Part shown: positions 62,792 through 64,000 of the stretch, piece after piece
Numbering within the stretch: the first letter of the stretch is position 1
How the letters are laid out: every line of letters starts with the position of its first letter
Assembly (NCBI GenBank): GCA_963737655.1
Contig: CAVTTN010000002.1
Span: 1,408,001 to 1,472,000, forward strand
Source of the DNA: an uncultured Planctomycetota bacterium
GTDB taxonomy: Bacteria; Planctomycetota; Planctomycetia; Isosphaerales; Isosphaeraceae
Direction of reading: 5' to 3'
Length of the DNA stretch: 64,000 nt
The notes under the pieces: generated by a model
What the model saw: only the letters and a program-made list of their open reading frames with translations
Database searches by the model: none
Told to the model about the DNA's origin: nothing
Position numbers and translations under genes: made by a program

Positions 62792-64000
62792 ATGCGTCCT
62801 CCCTCCCTCACCGGGCGCCCTCTCGGCGTCCTCTTCCGCGAAGGGACTGCCCCCATGCCCCAGGGGATCGGCTGGATCGGCGACGCGGACTTCGTCCTCA
62901 ACGGCTGGGCCGCCGAGCCGGGCGTGGCGGCGCCGATCCGGGTCTACGTCGAGGTCTTCGCGCTCGACGAACACGGCAAGGTCGCCGGGCCCGCGAAGAT
63001 CGCCCAATACCTGACCGCCGACCGCCCCCGGCCCGACGTCCCCGCCAGCGACCGCCGGGTGATCGGCGAGGCCCACGGCTTCGAGATGCCCCTGCCCCCC
63101 GGAGACCTCCCCGACGGCGGATACCTCGTCCGCGCCCGGGCCCTGGCCTCCACCCACGGATCGCTCCTCCCCGGGGAGGTCCGCATCGCCCGGACCACCG
63201 TCGGCTCGCCCCCGGTCCGGTTCTCCCTCCGCTACCACGGGCCCGTCGGCGGCCTCCAGCGGACGGATAATTACGAATCTTACCCCACCGCGATGAGAGA
63301 CGGCAATCAAATCCGCATGTGGTTCGCCGGAGGCCCCGGCGACAAGATCTATTACGCCACCTCGCGATCCCCCTCCGGCCTCGACGGCTTCCGCGTCTAC
63401 GGCAACTTCCGCCCCGTCCTCCAGGAAGGCCGGACCGGCCCCGACCGCGGCCTGACCGCCGACCCCTCCGTCGTCAAGGTTCCCTTCCCCGACCCGCGGT
63501 TCCCCTATCGCTTCTTCATGTATTACACCGCCGTCCCCTCCATCGACGGCCGCAACGGCATCTTCGGCGCCATCTCCACCGACGGCATCCGATGGGACAA
63601 GATGGACCCTCGTGTTCACACCTTCGGCATGTGCTACCCCATCATCACTCCATTAAAACCCGGCAAGGACGGCTACGGCGCCGGCCAGTCCAGCGTGATC
63701 TGGACCGAGAAACCCCTCGGCCCCATGCCCCCCGGCCTCGTCCACTACTTCACCGACACCACCGTCGGAGGCCCCTGCGTGGCCGTCAGCACCGACGGCG
63801 GATGGACCTTCCGGCGGATCGACGCCGACCTCTCCAAACATCTCGGCGACTATACCTGGGACATGAAATTGCTCGATGATAACCGAATCCTCGGATTCGT
63901 GGCCATCCCCGGCGAGCGGTTCGTCGGCAAGGACCGCCGCGAACGAGTCCAGGGCTCGATCGGCCTGAGCGTCTCCGACGACGGCCTCAAATTCGCCAAG
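62792..64000 (+). CDS. Hypothetical protein with beta-propeller glycosidase-like region (3' partial)
   Basis: Open frame from ATG 62792 to the window end: LNGWA..P, HGF, YPTAM, IYYATS, DPSVV, MYYT, AISTDGIRW. Confidence 0.65.
   Translation, partial: MRPPSLTGRPLGVLFREGTAPMPQGIGWIGDADFVLNGWAAEPGVAAPIRVYVEVFALDEHGKVAGPAKIAQYLTADRPRPDVPASDRRVIGEAHGFEMPLPPGDLPDGGYLVRARALASTHGSLLPGEVRIARTTVGSPPVRFSLRYHGPVGGLQRTDNYESYPTAMRDGNQIRMWFAGGPGDKIYYATSRSPSGLDGFRVYGNFRPVLQEGRTGPDRGLTADPSVVKVPFPDPRFPYRFFMYYTAVPSIDGRNGIFGAISTDGIRWDKMDPRVHTFGMCYPIITPLKPGKDGYGAGQSSVIWTEKPLGPMPPGLVHYFTDTTVGGPCVAVSTDGGWTFRRIDADLSKHLGDYTWDMKLLDDNRILGFVAIPGERFVGKDRRERVQGSIGLSVSDDGLKFAK

Overview
GC-rich bacterial DNA, almost certainly a planctomycete of the Isosphaeraceae type (DUF1559, DUF4058, LExRxL export motif, ECF/Ser-Thr kinase pair, H4MPT C1-transfer genes). 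The left 9.6 kb looks like the decaying end of an island integrated at a tRNA(CAT): alternate F1F0 ATPase gamma, acetate kinase, phosphoketolase, pseudogenes, an IS5 remnant and an integrase remnant. The rest is core chromosome (ettA, DHA kinase, sdaA, tricorn protease, fhcB/A/D and methanopterin biosynthesis genes), with many small nuclease and toxin-antitoxin genes and several REP-like palindrome families in between. The best candidates for something new are: (i) a lower-GC five-gene locus at 30.8-35.4 kb encoding a DUF1573 lipoprotein with a G12 tract at its start codon, a DUF1559 pilin-like protein, an 8-Cys secreted peptide with a double-glycine-like processing motif, an exported anchored protein and an exported stand-alone C39 peptidase; (ii) 30-60 bp tracts inside GC-rich genes where nearly every codon shows GC->AT transitions; (iii) a kinase-FGE/CLec gene whose 3' end resembles a DGR variable region; (iv) a Uma2 nuclease gene translationally coupled into the fhc operon. 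About a dozen frameshifts, mostly in short homopolymers, suggest long-read consensus errors. All calls come from motif recognition by eye; no searches were run.
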